A stretch of DNA of 64,000 bases from Eledone cirrhosa. Lineage: Eukaryota. The stretch is from the NCBI GenBank assembly GCA_964016885.1, contig OZ024759.1, positions 11,594,001 through 11,658,000 of the forward strand, given 5' to 3'. The position numbers were made by a program, and so were the translations under genes. A model generated the notes under the pieces. It was not told the origin of the DNA. It did not search any database and saw only the letters and a list, made by a program, of their open reading frames with translations. Shown piece after piece: positions 1 through 14,479 of the stretch (positions are counted from its first letter, which is position 1; the number at the start of each line of letters is the position of its first letter).

Positions 1-719
1 TTATTTTATTTTATTTTATTTTATTTTATTATTATTTTTTATTTTTTTATTCGTAATTTTTTTTACTTTTTGTTTTTTTTTATTACAAAAAAAAAATATA
101 AAAGTAAAAAGGAAATAAAATTTATTTTATTTTATTTTATTTTTTCTTTTTTTTTTTCTTTAACATTGAAACATTTTTTAGTATTTTAGCAGTAAATGTG
201 AAAAGATGTATTCAACAAGTTAGTTGAAGGAAACTGTGTAACTAAGATTAAAAAAACATTAAAAAACATCGCAACAACAACAACAACAACTACAACAACA
301 ACAACAATAACTACAACAACAACAACTACTACACTATAGGTATTTTAGCAGCTCTAAAAATTTCTTGCAGTAAAGTAGAAACGTGCTTTTGATATAGAGA
401 GCCACAGCAGTGGGGTCTCTGTTGGCTGCCTTTTGATTTTTTAACTATTTTTTGGTGTGTGTGTGTGTGTGTAAGTGTGGGTGTGTGTAAGTGTGTGTGT
501 GTGTAAGTGGGTGTGTAAGTGGGTGTGTAAATGTGTGTGTGTGTGTAAGTGTGTGTGTGTAAATGTTTGTATGTGTGCGTGTGTGTGTGTAAGTGTGTGT
601 GTGTGTGTAAGTGGGTGTGTGTGTAAGTGGGTGTGTAAATGTGTGTGTGTGCGTAAATGTGTGTGCGTGAGTAAGTGTGTGCGTGCATGTGTGTGTATGT
701 GTGCGTGTGTGTGTGTGTG

Positions 720-1420
720 TTATGGGAAGTAATGGAAATAGAACCAGTGATAAATGTTGTGAAGATGGTTGGGTCATGTGTTGAGGAAGGGTGGATGGAA
801 GTGTGACTGGGGTGGGAGGAATAGAGGCAGTGATGGATGGTGTGAAGAGAGAGGGAATGAGATGGTTGGGTCATGTGTTGAGGAAGGGTGGGAGGAATAG
901 AGGCAGTGATGGAGGGTGTGAAGAGAGAGGGAATGAGATGGTTGGGTCATGTGTTGAGGGAGGATGGAAGTGTGACTGGGGTGGGAGGAATAGAGGCAGT
1001 GATGGATGGTGTGAAGAGAGAGGGAATGAGATGGTTGGGTCATGTGTTGAGGAAGGGTGGATGGAAGTGTGACTGGGGTGGGAGGAATAGAGGCAGTGAT
1101 GGATGGTGTGAGGAGAGAGGGAATGAGATGGTTGGGCCATGTGTTGAGGAAGGGTGGAGTTTGACTGGGGTGGGAGGAATAGAGGCAGTGATGGATGGTG
1201 TGAAGAGAGAGGGAATGAGATGGTTGGGTCATGTGTTGAGGAAGGGTGGAGTTTGACTGGGGTGGGAGAAATGTTGGAAATAAATGTGGAAGGAAGTAGA
1301 AAAAGGGGAAGACCAGGAAAGATATGGCTACAGATGAAGGAGGAGGAAAGCCAGGGGGTTAGATACAGTTGGGAGGCAGAAGACGAGGCAAACTTGAGAA
1401 GCTTGTCATAAGGATTGTAA
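720..1420 (+). mobile_element. RTE-clade LINE 3' fragment with internal tandem amplification (about 5-6 units of roughly 75-97 bp)
   Basis: Translates ...MRWLGHVLR...LEINVEGSRKRGRPGKIW, the typical RTE C-terminus. Confidence 0.7.
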
Positions 1421-1523
1421 GGTAGGCTAACTGGGGTTGTAGCAGAGGATGTGGCCTGAAGATGGTGGTGGTTGTAGATATGATGAGGGGCTGTAACTGT
1501 TTATGGTTTGGGATATGTACCTA

Positions 1524-3163
1524 ACACACACAGACTGACGGGGACACACATACAGATAGACACACACATACACAGACAGACATATACACACAGACATGCA
1601 CACTCAGAAAGGCACACACGCACACACACATATACACACAGACATGCATGCACACACACACAGACATACACCGACACACACACAGATACATATACACAGA
1701 CAGACACACACACACACAGACAGACACACATACACACACACACATACACACACACAGAGCAGAAAATGTACACACACACACACATACACACACACACAGA
1801 CACACAAACACATACACACACATACACATACATACACAGACACATACACACACATACACACAATCATACACACACATACATACATACACACATATACACA
1901 CACATACACACACACATACACACACATACACACATACATACATACACACATACACACACACATACACACACACATACACACACACATACACACACACATA
2001 CATACACACACATACATACAGACACACAAACACATACACATACATACACATACACACACACAGACACATACACGCACAGTCACCCACACAGACATACACA
2101 CACACATAGACATACATATAGACACATACACACAATCATACACACACATACATACACACACACATACACACACATACACTCTTACATACACACACATACA
2201 CACACATACACACAATCATACACACATACATACACACACACATATACACACATACATACACACATACATACACACATACATACACACATACACACACATA
2301 CATACACACACACATACATACACACACACACACATACATACATACATACATACACACATACATACACACATACACACACACACACATACATACATACACA
2401 CACATACATACATACATACACATACATACACACATACATACACACACATACATACACACATACATACACACACATACATACACACATACATACACACACA
2501 TACATACACACATACACACACACACATACATACACACACACACACACATGCATACACACATACATACACACACATACATACACACATACACACACACACA
2601 GAGCAGAACATTTACTGTCGACTAGACTTTATTCAAAATAGAGAATTGTAGCAATTTGATTACCATGACAATAGAACTACTACTACTACTACTATTACTA
2701 CAACTACTACTACTACTACTACCATCACTACTACTACTACTACTACTACTACCATCACTACTACTACTACTACCATCACTACTACTACTACTACCATCAC
2801 TACTACTACTACTACCATCACTACTACTGCTACTACTACTATTACAACTACTACTGCTACTACTACTGCTAGTGCTACTACTGCTACTACTACTACAACA
2901 ACTACTACTACTACCATCACTACTACTACTACTACTACCACCACTACTACTACTACTATTACTACTGCTACTACTACTATTACTACTACAACTACTACTA
3001 CTACTATTACTACTACAACTACTACTACTATTACTACTACAACAACTACTATTACTACTACTACCATCACTACTACTACTACAACTACTATTAATACTAC
3101 TACTACTACCATCACTACTACTACTACAACTACTATTACTACTGCTACTACTACTACTACTGC

Positions 3164-3199
<36 letters not shown>

Positions 3200-3201
3200 C
3201 A

Positions 3202-3232
<31 letters not shown>

Positions 3233-3295
3233 CATCACTACTATTACTACTACTATTACAACTACTACTACCACCACCACTACCACTACTACTAT
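1524..3295. repeat. Compound (CA/TACA)n then (CTA)n microsatellites; other large simple repeats at 454-721, 8380-10890, 11298-12450, 18215-18620, 24475-24937, 26990-27415, 30957-32510, 36010-38210, 41975-42990, 47300-47500 and 52270-53165
   Basis: Directly visible low-complexity tracts. Confidence 0.95.
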
Positions 3296-3904
3296 GCTAT
3301 CAGCACTATCCCCACCACAACCTTGTCCTTAAATCATCATCATCTGTTCACTCTTCTCTAGAGTCAATAAAATAAAGTACCAGTAATACACTGGGTCATT
3401 GCTGGCCTTGTACCAAAAGTAGAAACAATTATTATTATCATTATCATTTTGTTTCAAGGTAGGAGGAGGGGGTGATTGGTAGAATTGGTAGAGCATCGGA
3501 GAAAATGCATTGCAGTATAGAGTTACGGCCCTTTACGCTCCTGCCAAGGTTAACTTTGCCTTTCATCCTTACGGGGTCGATAAAATAAAGTACCAGTAAT
3601 GCTCTGGGGTTAATCGCTGGCCTTGTGCCGAAAGTAGAAACTCTAAAAGTAGAAACAATTATTATGGGGTTAATAAAATAAAGTACCAGTAATACACTGG
3701 GGTTATTGCTGGCCTTGTGCCTAAGGTGGAAACAATTGTTATGAGGAGTTAATAAAATAAAGCACCAGTAATGTACTGAGGTTGGTGTAATCGTCTTCCC
3801 GACTCCCTAGAAATTGTTGGTCTTTTGCTTAAAGTAGGGATCATTCTTGTCATATTTCATGTTCTAGGATTTTTTTAGAGAGAGAAGTGGTTTCAATTGT
3901 GTGT

Positions 3905-4693
3905 ATATGTGGATGGGTGCTACACGAGAATGCTGAAGATGGCTCTGAACATTAATCAGTATACACTAAGGATGAATAACTCAGAGCTGTATGGGAGCAT
4001 CCCAAAAGTCAGCTCAAAAGTGACACAGAGGAGACTGAGGTTAGCTGGACATGCTCACCGACGTCCAGAGTTGACACTACACTCAGTGCTCCTGTGGGAA
4101 CCCCTACACAGAGGAGACTGAGGTTAGCTGGACATGCTCACCGACGTCCAGAGTTGACACTACACTCAGTGCTCCTGTGGGAACCCCTACACAGAGGAGA
4201 CTGAGGTTAGCTGGACATGCTCACCGACGTCCAGAGTTGACATAGCACTCAGTGCTCCTGTGGGAGCCCCTACACAGAGGAGACTGAGGTTAGCTGGACA
4301 TGCTCACTGGCATCCAGAGTTGACACTACACTCAGTGCTCCTGTGGGAGCCCCTACACAGAGGAGACTGGGGTTGGCTGGACATGGTCACTGACATCCAG
4401 AGTTGACACTAACTCAGTGCTCCTGTGGGAGCCCCTACACAGAGGAGACTGGGGTTGGCTGGACATGGTCACCGACATCCAGAGTTGACATTGCACTCAG
4501 TGCTCCTGTGGGAGCCCCTACATGGACACACTAGAAGAGGAAGACCAAGGTTAACGTATGTTGATGCCCTAAGGACAGACACTGGTCTGTTGGAGACGCA
4601 GGACATGGCAGCAATAATGAGGGACAGAGACCGCTGGAGAGAACTCGTCCATGGATCTCGGGAATTTTACCCGCCTTAGATAGATAGATAGAT
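3905..4693 (+). mobile_element. RTE/RTE-X LINE 3' end with 6 tandem 83-bp units (from 4024) and (GATA)n tail
   Basis: DGCYTRMLKMALNI...RRLRLAGH...LLWEPLHGHTRRGRPRLTYVD...DRDRW; unit starts at 4024, 4107, 4190 etc. Confidence 0.8.
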
Positions 4694-4711
4694 ATGTGTG
4701 TGTGTGTGTGT

Positions 4712-5063
4712 ACATAATGGTGTTGGACCCTTAAAGCGTCCGTATGTAGTAGGCCGTATGAGCACTCGATGCCCTCATACAGCAGAGTATGATATCACAG
4801 AAAAAAGGGAATCAGTGTTGCGACGAAAGGAATTTATTGGACATATTACAATTGTTTCTCGGGCGACCAGCTCCAGGCACGATCGATGTGATGGTCAAAC
4901 CTGACTCTGAAATCGCGCGGTCCTCGGATACGTCTCGATTCTACAAAGCTGACTTTCCTATAGGAAAATCTGCCTCGAGCTGGTCGCCCGAGAAACAATT
5001 GTAATATGTCCTGTCCAATAAATTCCTTTCATCGCAACATTGATTCTCTTTTTTCTGTGATAT
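4712..5063 (-). mobile_element. HHR-bearing foldback element, family B (Penelope-like pLTR derivative)
   Basis: Inverted arms 4792-4879 / 4971-5063, unique tail on the left, flanked by (TG)n/(TA)n; homologous to 5545 and 25410. Confidence 0.7.
4840..4934 (-). ncRNA. Type I hammerhead ribozyme motif, family B (U4C core variant, 62-nt stem II region)
   Basis: Minus strand: gacgtat-CCGAGGA-ccgcgcga...tcgcccga-GAAAC-aatt-GTA-atatgtc. Stem I 7 bp with one GU pair; palindromic stem III loop. Confidence 0.65.
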
Positions 5064-5182
5064 ATATATATGTATATACATATATATATATCACACACAT
5101 ATATACTATGCACACACATATATACTATGCTCACATGTATTGAGTGCATAAATATGCCTATACGTATATATATATATGCATT

Positions 5183-5520
5183 GGAGGCACATGGCTTAGT
5201 GGTTAGAGCATTGGCCTTGCAATCGAAAGGTTGTGAGTTCAATTCTCGGACCAGGTGATGTGTTGTTTCCTTGAGCAAGACACTTTATTTCACATTGCTC
5301 CAGTTTACTCAGCTGTAGAAATGAGATGATAGGGACTGGGGTCCCTATCATTCCACTGCAAAGTGGTCGTGGAGGTGCCACGGCAAAAAAGCACCCAGCA
5401 CTCTCACTGTAAATGAGGTTGGTGTTAGGAAGGGCATCCAGCTGTAGAAATCAAGCCAGCATCAGTTCCCGTCCCACCCTTGCAAGCAGGGAAAAGCGGG
5501 TGTAAAATGATGATGATGAT
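5183..5520 (+). mobile_element. tRNA-derived SINE (family 2) with RTE-LINE-type 3' tail; near-identical copy at 61428-61763, 5' part at 7487-7603
   Basis: A box TGGCTTAGTGG, B box GAGTTCAATTC, tccttgagcaagacactt core, gttggtgttaggaagggcatccagc segment, ends ccttgcaagcagggaaaagc...(ATG)n. Confidence 0.85.
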
Positions 5521-5544
5521 ACATAGATACATACATATATATAT

Positions 5545-5815
5545 AATATGGAAAACGAAGTGATGAATCGGAACACAATTTATTACGTATTACAATTGTT
5601 TCTGCGACGAACAGCTCGAGGTGCGATCTGTTTGTGGATCGAACATGACTCTGGATTTGTAAATTCCTCAGATACGTCTAGTGATTTCAAAGCAAATTGT
5701 ATTCCGATGCATCACTGATCCTTCGTTTTCCATATCATTGTACTCTGCTCCACAGGTGCATAGAGTGCTCAACTGGCATACCGCATAGGGATGCATTCAA
5801 GCAACCTTAATACAA
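5545..5815 (+). mobile_element. HHR-bearing foldback element, family B
   Basis: Short arms about 5547-5581 / 5694-5735, tail on the right (tactctgctc...gagtgctcaactggcataccgc), flanked by TA runs. Confidence 0.65.
5585..5677 (-). ncRNA. Type I hammerhead ribozyme motif, family B (intact core)
   Basis: Minus strand: acgtat-CTGAGGA-(62 nt)-GAAAC-aatt-GTA-atacgt; perfect 6-bp stem I. Confidence 0.7.
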
Positions 5816-5976
5816 ATATATATATATAGGAAAAGAGTCGGGACCACATTAGCACTGCTGGCTTAGTTCAGATTTAGCTATTGAAAGGCCAGAGCTCAGC
5901 CATTGGGGTCATGACTTTTTTCCTATTACCACTCTACTACCCTAAGTTTCGTCCACCTGGTTTCTTACCACACTTT

Positions 5977-6010
<34 letters not shown>

Positions 6011-6223
6011 CGTTTCTGAATTTGTTTAGCAAGATTCTTTATCTGAAATCGTGTGTTGAAACCGATATTGTTATACTTTGGGAGGGTCATGTTGCCAATA
6101 AGAAACACACGCACCAGTTGCTTTCACTTCAATTTAATTTATTAAATATTTATAAATTTACAAATTTATAAATTTCTGGTTGGTTGGTTGGTTCCACAAC
6201 CAGATAGTTGTTTATATATATAT

Positions 6224-6269
6224 AGTCATAGTTCTTTCGTCACAACACTCTGTGACCTCTTCAGTGACT
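6224..6269 (-). ncRNA. Minimal type I hammerhead ribozyme motif, family E
   Basis: Minus strand: agtca-CTGAAGA-g-gtcaca-gagtgt-tgtgac-GAAA-g-aa-CTA-tgact; perfect stem I (5 bp) and stem II (6 bp). Confidence 0.75.
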
Positions 6270-6331
6270 GGGGATTTCGTTCTTCGTTTCTGTGTCTTTC
6301 CTTTCTTCTATCCTACGCCATATATATATAT

Positions 6332-6860
6332 GTAGATAAATCTACCAAGAGTTTACGGTAGTGTCCAATCCGTATGAAGAACTCAATGTATTCCGGATAT
6401 CATGGAAAGAAGAGATGTAATGAAAAATCACTTTCGTGAAAGATAAACGGTATACAGAGTCAAGATAAAATATTAAAAAAATAATGAATAAAACAATGAA
6501 AAAGTTCCTTATATTAAACAAAAAAGTTCATTATTTAACGATCGTTTCTGGGATATATATGTGTTAGAATTGGCATGTATATTCAACAGATCTATGTACA
6601 AAATTATACAAAATTATACAAACTATCAAGATTAAATATATTTCATTATTTCTGAAGACGGCGTATATGTGTGTTGGTATGTATATTTAATCTTGATAGT
6701 TTGTATAATTTTGTATAATTTTGTACATAGATCTGTTGAATATGCATGCCAATTCTAACACTATATATCCTAGAAACGATCGTTAAATAATGAACTTTTT
6801 TTGTTTAATATAAGGAACTGTTTCATTGTTTTATTCATTATTTTTTTAATATTTTATATA
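6332..6860 (-). mobile_element. HHR-bearing foldback element, family C
   Basis: About 175-bp inverted arms 6465-6640 / 6682-6857; left tail (gataaatctaccaa...ccgtatgaagaactcaatgta) shared with the 27463 copy. Confidence 0.72.
6642..6794 (+). ncRNA. Type I hammerhead ribozyme motif, family C, 114-nt stem II region
   Basis: ttcattattt-CTGAAGA-(114 nt)-GAAAC-gatc-GTT-aaataatgaa; perfect 10-bp stem I, palindromic GATC loop III. Confidence 0.7.
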
Positions 6861-6883
6861 TATGATATATATATATATATATA

Positions 6884-7190
6884 TCATCATCATCATCATC
6901 GTTTAACGTCCATGTTCCACGCTAGGCATGGGTTTGGACGGGAGTTTTCCCACTTGAGGCAAGAGTGGTTTGTCTTGCTCGCATAGGACTGTCTGGCAGG
7001 TTTTCTACGGCTGGATGCCCTTACCTAACACCAACCACGTTTACAGTGTCGACTGGGAGGTTTCTACCGTGTTACCTACACGGGCCACATTACAGCGTGG
7101 ACTGTGTGTTTTTATTGTCGTGTCATCCTACACGATCTCATTTGTTTCGGCCTGGATGTTGTGGCACCAACATAACTTTACATTGAAAGG
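6884..7190 (-). mobile_element. 5'-truncated SINE-2-related 3' fragment; others near 16760-17087 (+), 17100-17320 (-), 28460-28740 (-), 43050-43480 (-), 48300-48480, 62210-62335 (+), 63345-63413 (-)
   Basis: ggatgccc(tt)cctaacaccaacc segment and (CAT)n tail with gctagcatgg/gcaagcgtgg end. Confidence 0.65.
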
Positions 7191-7284
7191 GGGTGGTGTG
7201 GATGGGGTGGGGGGTAGTGGGACGGGGTGTATTCTTGTTAGAGGTGCCTACTGACTGTATATATATATATATATTTATATATAT

Positions 7285-7452
7285 CAGATATGGTGTGGTA
7301 AAACCCAGGTGGACCATAAATCACCAGAGTACTCAATACTTGGGGTAGTAGAGTGGGATAATATGAAAAAATTCAGGACCCCGATGGCTGTTAGAATCTA
7401 GCTGTTGAAACAGCTGGAGCTCAGCCGTCGGGGCCCTGGATCTTTTCTTTCT
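7285..7452 (-). mobile_element. Short TA-embedded element with imperfect inverted repeat, family F; other copies at 5828-5980 and 16134-16345
   Basis: Shared gagctcagcc(g/a)t(c/t)gggg arm and ccactctactaccc...ccacctgg...ttaccacac tail. Confidence 0.5.
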
Positions 7453-7486
<34 letters not shown>

Positions 7487-8690
7487 AGGCGCATGGCTGA
7501 GTGGTTACAGAATTGGATCATAATCATGAGGTTGTGAGTTCAATTCCCAGACTAGGCGATGCGTTATGTCCTTGAGCAAGACACTTTATTTCACATTGCT
7601 CCTTCTACCCGGAGTTGCGACCGACAGATGGTGCTATTGGTAAAACTGGAAAGACCAATAGAAACATTGTTTCCTCAGTATGATTTAACGAGCTCCACCC
7701 CACTCGTTAAGCAAATGAGGTCTGGGATCTTGTTAATCGACAGTCGATATATACATATATATATAAATATATATATACATATATATATACATAATATATA
7801 CATAATATATACATATATATATATAAAATACATATATAAAATAAATATATAAAATACATATATAAAAATATATAAATAAAAATATATATATATATATATA
7901 CATGAACAAATTATATATCTGATATATTTTTAATAATTATAATTCCATTATATTATGCTAAAACTTAATTAAAATCTAACATATTTCATTGCCAGGGTGT
8001 TTTTATCATGAGATGGCCATTATTTCATGTTCTGTCTGGAATTAATCAGAATCACAATTACACTTGTTACCATTCTATTACAGCATTGTTTCATTTCTAG
8101 ATGAAACAATGAGAAAATATAAAAATATAGAAATATAGAAAAATAATATAAAATGAAAATATAATAAAAAACAATATTAAAAAGATTGAAAAATCTAAAA
8201 TTCAATACGGAATCAAATCTTCCAACCTTTGATTGAACACTGTCAGTGGTTTCAGTATTTTTATGTTGTTGTATTTATTTCATTGTGATGGGGCTAAACA
8301 ATTGCACACAAACTCAACCTATTCCACGAGATATGTATTTGATGCACCACTTTATTGTAACTTGGCACAGCAGCATGTAGACATATATATACACATACAG
8401 TACACATATATAGACATATATATACACATCAGTACACTATATAGACATATATATACATATACAGTACACATATATAGACATATATATATATAGAGTACAC
8501 ATATATAGACCATATATATATACACATCAATACACATATACAGACATATATATATACACATCAGTACACATATATATACATATACAGTACACATATATAG
8601 ACATATATATATACACATCAATACACATATACAGACATATATATATACACATCAGTACACATATATATACATATACAGTACACATATATA

Positions 8691-8728
<38 letters not shown>

Positions 8729-10312
8729 CAGTACACATATATAGACATATATATACACACATCAGTACACATATACAGACAGACATATATATATATATAC
8801 ACACACCAGTACACACATACAGACATGTATACACATATACATATACATACACACTTACATATGCACATCAGTACACACATACATTATACACACACACACA
8901 ACAACAACAACAACACTAACTATTGTAATCAATAACTTTAAATGTGATTATCTTTAAAATTACAATGTTTTTCCTCTTTGTTTGCATCTGTCTCTCTCAG
9001 CCTCTCAGCTCTCACCAGCTAACCCCGCTCAGCCCTCACCCATCTGCATCCTGGCCTCTCTCAGCACCCGTCTCAGCGGCTCTCTCCCTGTCAGCGTCTC
9101 TCACCCTTTCTCTCTCTCACCCTCTCTCTCTCACCCTCACCCTCTCTCTCTCAACCCTCACCCTCCTCTCTCTCAGCCCTCACCCGCGCTCTCTCTCTCA
9201 CCCTCACGCACCCTCGTCTCTCACCCTCACCCTCTCTCTCTCACCCTAACCCTCTCACCCTCACCCTCTCTCTCTCTTCTCTCTCTCTCTCTCTCTCATC
9301 TTGTCTCTCTCACCCTCTCTCTCTCACCCTCACCCTCTCTCTCTCACCCTCTCTCTCTCTCACATTCTCTCTCTCTCTCTCTCACACTCTCTCTCACTCT
9401 CTCTCTCACTCTCTCTCTCTCACCCTCTCTCTCTCACCCTCTCTCTCTCACCCTCTCTCACCTCACCCTCTCTCACCTCACCTCTCTCTCTCACCCTCTC
9501 TCTCTCTCACCCTCTCTCTCTCTCACCCTCTCTCTCTCTCACCCTCTCTCTCTCTCACCCTCTCTCTCTCACCCTCTCTCTCTCACCCTCTCTCTCTCAC
9601 CCTCTCTCTCTCTCACCCTCTCTCTCTCACCCTCTCTCTCCCCCGTTCTCCTTTCTCCTCTCTCACTACCCCCATCCCCCCTCTTCCCTCCACATGTTGC
9701 TTCAATGTTGACTTTCAAACTTTTTCCATTATAATAATAATCACCATTTTATCATCATATTACTACTATTACTACTATTACTACTATTACTACTATTACT
9801 ACTATTATTGTTGGCGTATAATAACATTGTTGAAGATCAGATTTTTATTTTATTTTATTTTATTTTATATTTATTTTATTTTATTTTATTTTTATATTTA
9901 TTTTATTTTATTTTATTTTATTTTATTTTATTTTATTTTTTATTTTATTTTATTTTATTTTATTTTATTTTATTTTATTTTATTTTATTTTATTTTATTT
10001 TATTTTATTTTATTTTATTTTATTTTATTTTATTTTATTTTATTTTATTTTATTTTATTTTATTTTATTTTATATTTTAGTTTATTTTATTGTTTGTTTG
10101 TTTGTTTGTTTGTTTGTTCTGTAATAAGGAAGGAATTAGAGAAACTGCTTCACCTAAAGATTAAAATAATTTTTTTTTTTAATAAATTTGTTCAAATATA
10201 ATGAAAAGTATTGCTACGGTGAAATTTAGGTTATGAACAAATCACCAATTGTTTTTTCACAAATATGTATTATATATATATAATATATATGTATATATAT
10301 GTATATGGAATC

Positions 10313-10369
<57 letters not shown>

Positions 10370-10644
10370 ATATATATATGTGTGTGTGTATATATATATG
10401 TGTGTGTGTGTATATATATGTGTGTGTGTGTATATATATATGTGTGTGTGTGTATATATATGTGTGTGTGTGTATATATATATATGTGTGTGTGTATATA
10501 TATTATATGTGTATATCTCTATGTGTGTGTGTATATATATGTGTGTGTATATATATATATATTATATTTACATATGTGTGTATATATATATATATGTGTC
10601 TGTGTGTGTGTGTGTATATATATATATGTGTGTGTATATATATA

Positions 10645-10691
<47 letters not shown>

Positions 10692-10839
10692 ATATATATA
10701 TATGTGTATATCTCTGTGTGTGTGTGTATATATATGTGTGTGTATATATATATATATTATATTTACATATGTGTGTATATATATATATGTGTCTGTGTGT
10801 GTGTGTGTGTATATATATATATGTGTGTGTATATATATA

Positions 10840-10892
<53 letters not shown>

Positions 10893-10967
10893 CAGAAATT
10901 TAAATTTTGAAAAACCAAACAATGCGCTAGAAAGAACATTAAATTGCCAAGATAGCAATAGAATCTT

Positions 10968-11167
10968 NNNNNNNNNNNNNNNNNNNNNNNNNNNNNNNNN
11001 NNNNNNNNNNNNNNNNNNNNNNNNNNNNNNNNNNNNNNNNNNNNNNNNNNNNNNNNNNNNNNNNNNNNNNNNNNNNNNNNNNNNNNNNNNNNNNNNNNNN
11101 NNNNNNNNNNNNNNNNNNNNNNNNNNNNNNNNNNNNNNNNNNNNNNNNNNNNNNNNNNNNNNNNNNN
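10968..11167. other. Assembly gap (200 N)
   Basis: Run of N; the round length suggests a placeholder size. Confidence 0.98.
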
Positions 11168-11296
11168 CTCCCTGAGAAGTACGTTTAAGGTACATGTAAC
11201 GAAGGAATGCTCAGTCACTTGCATGTTAATTTCATAGGCAGGCTGTTCCAGTGGTTGAAAAACTGGGACATTTCTCTTTGGAACCAATAAAAGTCC

Positions 11297-11351
<55 letters not shown>

Positions 11352-12338
11352 ACATCCCCCCCATACACACATCCCCCCCATACACACATCCCCCCCATAC
11401 ACACATCCCCCCATACACACATTCCCCCCATACACACATTCCCCCACACACACACACATTCACACACTTCCTCCCACACGCTCACACACTCCCCCCACAC
11501 ACACACAAACTTCCACTCACACACACACTTCCCCACATACACTCACACACACACTTCCCCACATACACTCCCCCCACACACACACTTTCCAACACACACT
11601 CACACACACTTCCCCGCACACACTCACACACACAAACTTCCCCACACACACTCACACACACACTTTCCCACACACACTCACACACACTTCCCCGCACACA
11701 CTCACACACACTTCCCCACACACACTCACACACACATTCACACACACTCACACACACTTCCCCACACACACTCACACACACATTCACACACACATTCACA
11801 CACTCACACACACACATACACACATTCACATACACACATTCACATACACACATTCACACACACACATCCACACTTCCCCTCACACCCCTACACTTCCCCC
11901 ACAAATACACTCCTCTTCTCCTTCTTCTTTACTTCTTCTCCTTCTTCTCCTCTTCTTTACTGCTCCTTCTTCTCCTTTACTTCTTCTCCTCCTTCTTCTT
12001 CTTCTTCTTTTTCTTCTCCTCCTTCTTCTCCTCTTCTTTACTGCTCCTTCTCCTTTACTTCTTTTCCTTCTTCTTCTTCTTCTTCTTCTCCTCCTTCTCC
12101 TCCTCCTCCTTCTTCTTCTTCTTCTTTTTCTTCTCCTCCTTCTTCTCCTCTTCTTTACTGCTCCTTCTCCTTTACTTCTTTTCCTTCTTCTTCTCCTTCT
12201 TCTCCTCCTCCTCCTTCTTCTTCTTCTTCTTCTCCTCCTCCTCCTCCTTCTCCTCCTCCTTCTTCTTCTTCTTCTTCTTCTTCTTCTTCTTCTTCTTCTT
12301 CTTCTTCTCCTTCTTCTTCTTCTCCTTCTTCTTCTCCT

Positions 12339-12371
<33 letters not shown>

Positions 12372-13079
12372 CTTCTTCTCCTTTACTTCTTCTTCTTCAT
12401 CTTCTTCTTCTTCTTCTTTACTTCTTCTTCTCCTTCTTCTTCTTCCCCCCCCCCCTTCATTACTATATTCCATTGATTAAAATGTCAGTTTCCCGTATTG
12501 ATAGATTAATCTCCAAATCTATATTTTAGTTAGTATTGTTTTCTTTTGAAATAAATGTTATTATATTCTATATTTATGGTTGCCATTCTTTTGTCATTAG
12601 TGATATATGTTGGAGATACTTTCCAATTGTTGAAGGAGCATATAATTATACAACTTTTCTTTCTTGATTTTCTTGTTTAATTTCCTTCTTAAATTTTTGT
12701 GGTGAGGATTCTTTTAAATTTTACAAAATTAGAATTTCAAAATTATTATGAAAAAAAAAATGTCTGAATAATTTTAGGAAAAAAAAGATGAATTGTATTT
12801 AAGGACAACTTCCGTCTGTAAGGAAATAGAATTATTTTCAGAAAGTTTATTTTAAGTATTGTCAGGCTAAAACAGAGGTAAATCTAAAGATAGTTCCCTC
12901 TTACTTATTAAATGTATTATAAGACAGTCAGGCCCCTTACTGTTGCGTCATTTATGTTTCCTTTAAGTATGTATAGATTAGAGGTAGGGTTTCAATCTCC
13001 ATTATCTTAATCCTGTAGTTTTTACAATACTCTATATATACTATTATATTTTCATGGTAAAAATAATAATGATAATAAT

Positions 13080-14085
13080 AATAATAATGAAATTATTGTG
13101 TAAAGTGCTCAGGTGCACTACAACTCGTCAAAGGTGCATGTATAGTACATAGAATAATATACAAATGTCAGGGAAGTGAATAGTGTATGAGTCATGATAT
13201 ATATGTGTGTATGTGGATGGGGAACATTAGGTGTAGTGTTGGCGAATCTCGGGAAACATGGAGGTTTTAAAGGATGCAGTGTCTCGACAGCTAACAACTG
13301 ATGCAGGTAGTTTGTTCCATGAAGGTTTTAAAGGATGCAGTGTCTCGACAGCTAACAACTGATGCAGGTAGTTTGTTCCATGGAGGTTTTAAAGGATGCA
13401 GTGTCTCGACAGCTAACAACTGATGCAGGTAGTTTGTTTCATGAAGGTTTCAAAGGATGCAGTGTCTCGACAGCTAACAACTGATGCAGGTAGTTTGTTC
13501 CATAGAGGTTTTAAAGGATGCAGTGTCTCGACAGCTAACAACTGATGCTGATAGTTTGTTCCATGGAGGTTTTAAAGGATGTAGTGTCTCGACAGCTAAC
13601 AACTGATGCAGGTAGTTTGTTCCATGAAGGTTTTAAAGGATGCAGTGTCTCGACAGCTAACAACTGATGCAGGTAGTTTGTTTCATGAAGGTTTCAAAGG
13701 ATGCAGTGTCTCGACAGCTAACAACTGATGCAGGTAGTTTGTTCCATAGAGGTTTTAAAGGATGCAGTGTCTCGACAGCTAACAACTGATGCTGATAGTT
13801 TGTTCCATGGAGGTTTTAAAGGATGTAGTGTCTCGACAGCTAGCAACTGATGCAGGTAGTTTGTTCCATGGAGGTTTTAAAGGATGCAGTGTCTCGACAG
13901 CTAACAACTGATGCTGGTAGTTTGTTCCATGGAGGTTTTAAAGGATGTAGTGTCTCCACAGCTAACAACTGATGCAGGTAGTTTGTTCCATGCTTCAGCA
14001 ACTCTGAGCGTGAAAAAATGTTTCCGAAAGTCATGGGAACTGTGATGTTTTCTGACTTTGTGGGCATGTCCACGTGTGTTAGAAA
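13080..14085 (-). mobile_element. CR1/L2-like LINE 3' end with about 12 tandem 61-bp units (13260-13990)
   Basis: Minus strand WNKLPASVVSCRDTASFKTSM, the typical CR1/L2 C-terminal WNxLP motif; ATT-rich tail. Confidence 0.7.
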
Positions 14086-14479
14086 AAGCTTTATCTCACA
14101 TAATATCTCACTTATTATCGAATCTGAGATTTTGATATTATTTATTTTGAGAACAATACCTTTAACATCAGTAGAAGCGACCAGTTATGGCTGGTTTAAA
14201 CAGAAAGAGGTGAGAGAATTCTGGCCGGATACAGCCGGTTTAAATGCTAAAGGACTAATATTAAATGTGCCATATAGTATTGGGGTCTGTATTCTCCCTT
14301 TAGATCACTTTCTCACTTCCCCTGTCTCCCTCTGGAAGAAATTAGCTGGGTTCACACCTGATTTAAATGCCAAGAAACACCGTATTTCATGATGGTGCTC
14401 CTGTCGTAATGACAGGAGTTATGACTCCATCATCATCATCGTTTATGATAAGGTCTTTAAAAGTGATGGTTGTATATCT

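Noticed and set aside
329-3375. Long His/Thr, Cys/Val and poly-Leu ORFs
   Set aside because: Translations of (CA)n, (TACA)n and (CTA)n microsatellites, open in several frames; the same applies to most ORFs in the track.
5183-5255. tRNA gene
   Set aside because: A/B boxes continue into a SINE body and tail present in multiple copies; no clean acceptor stem.
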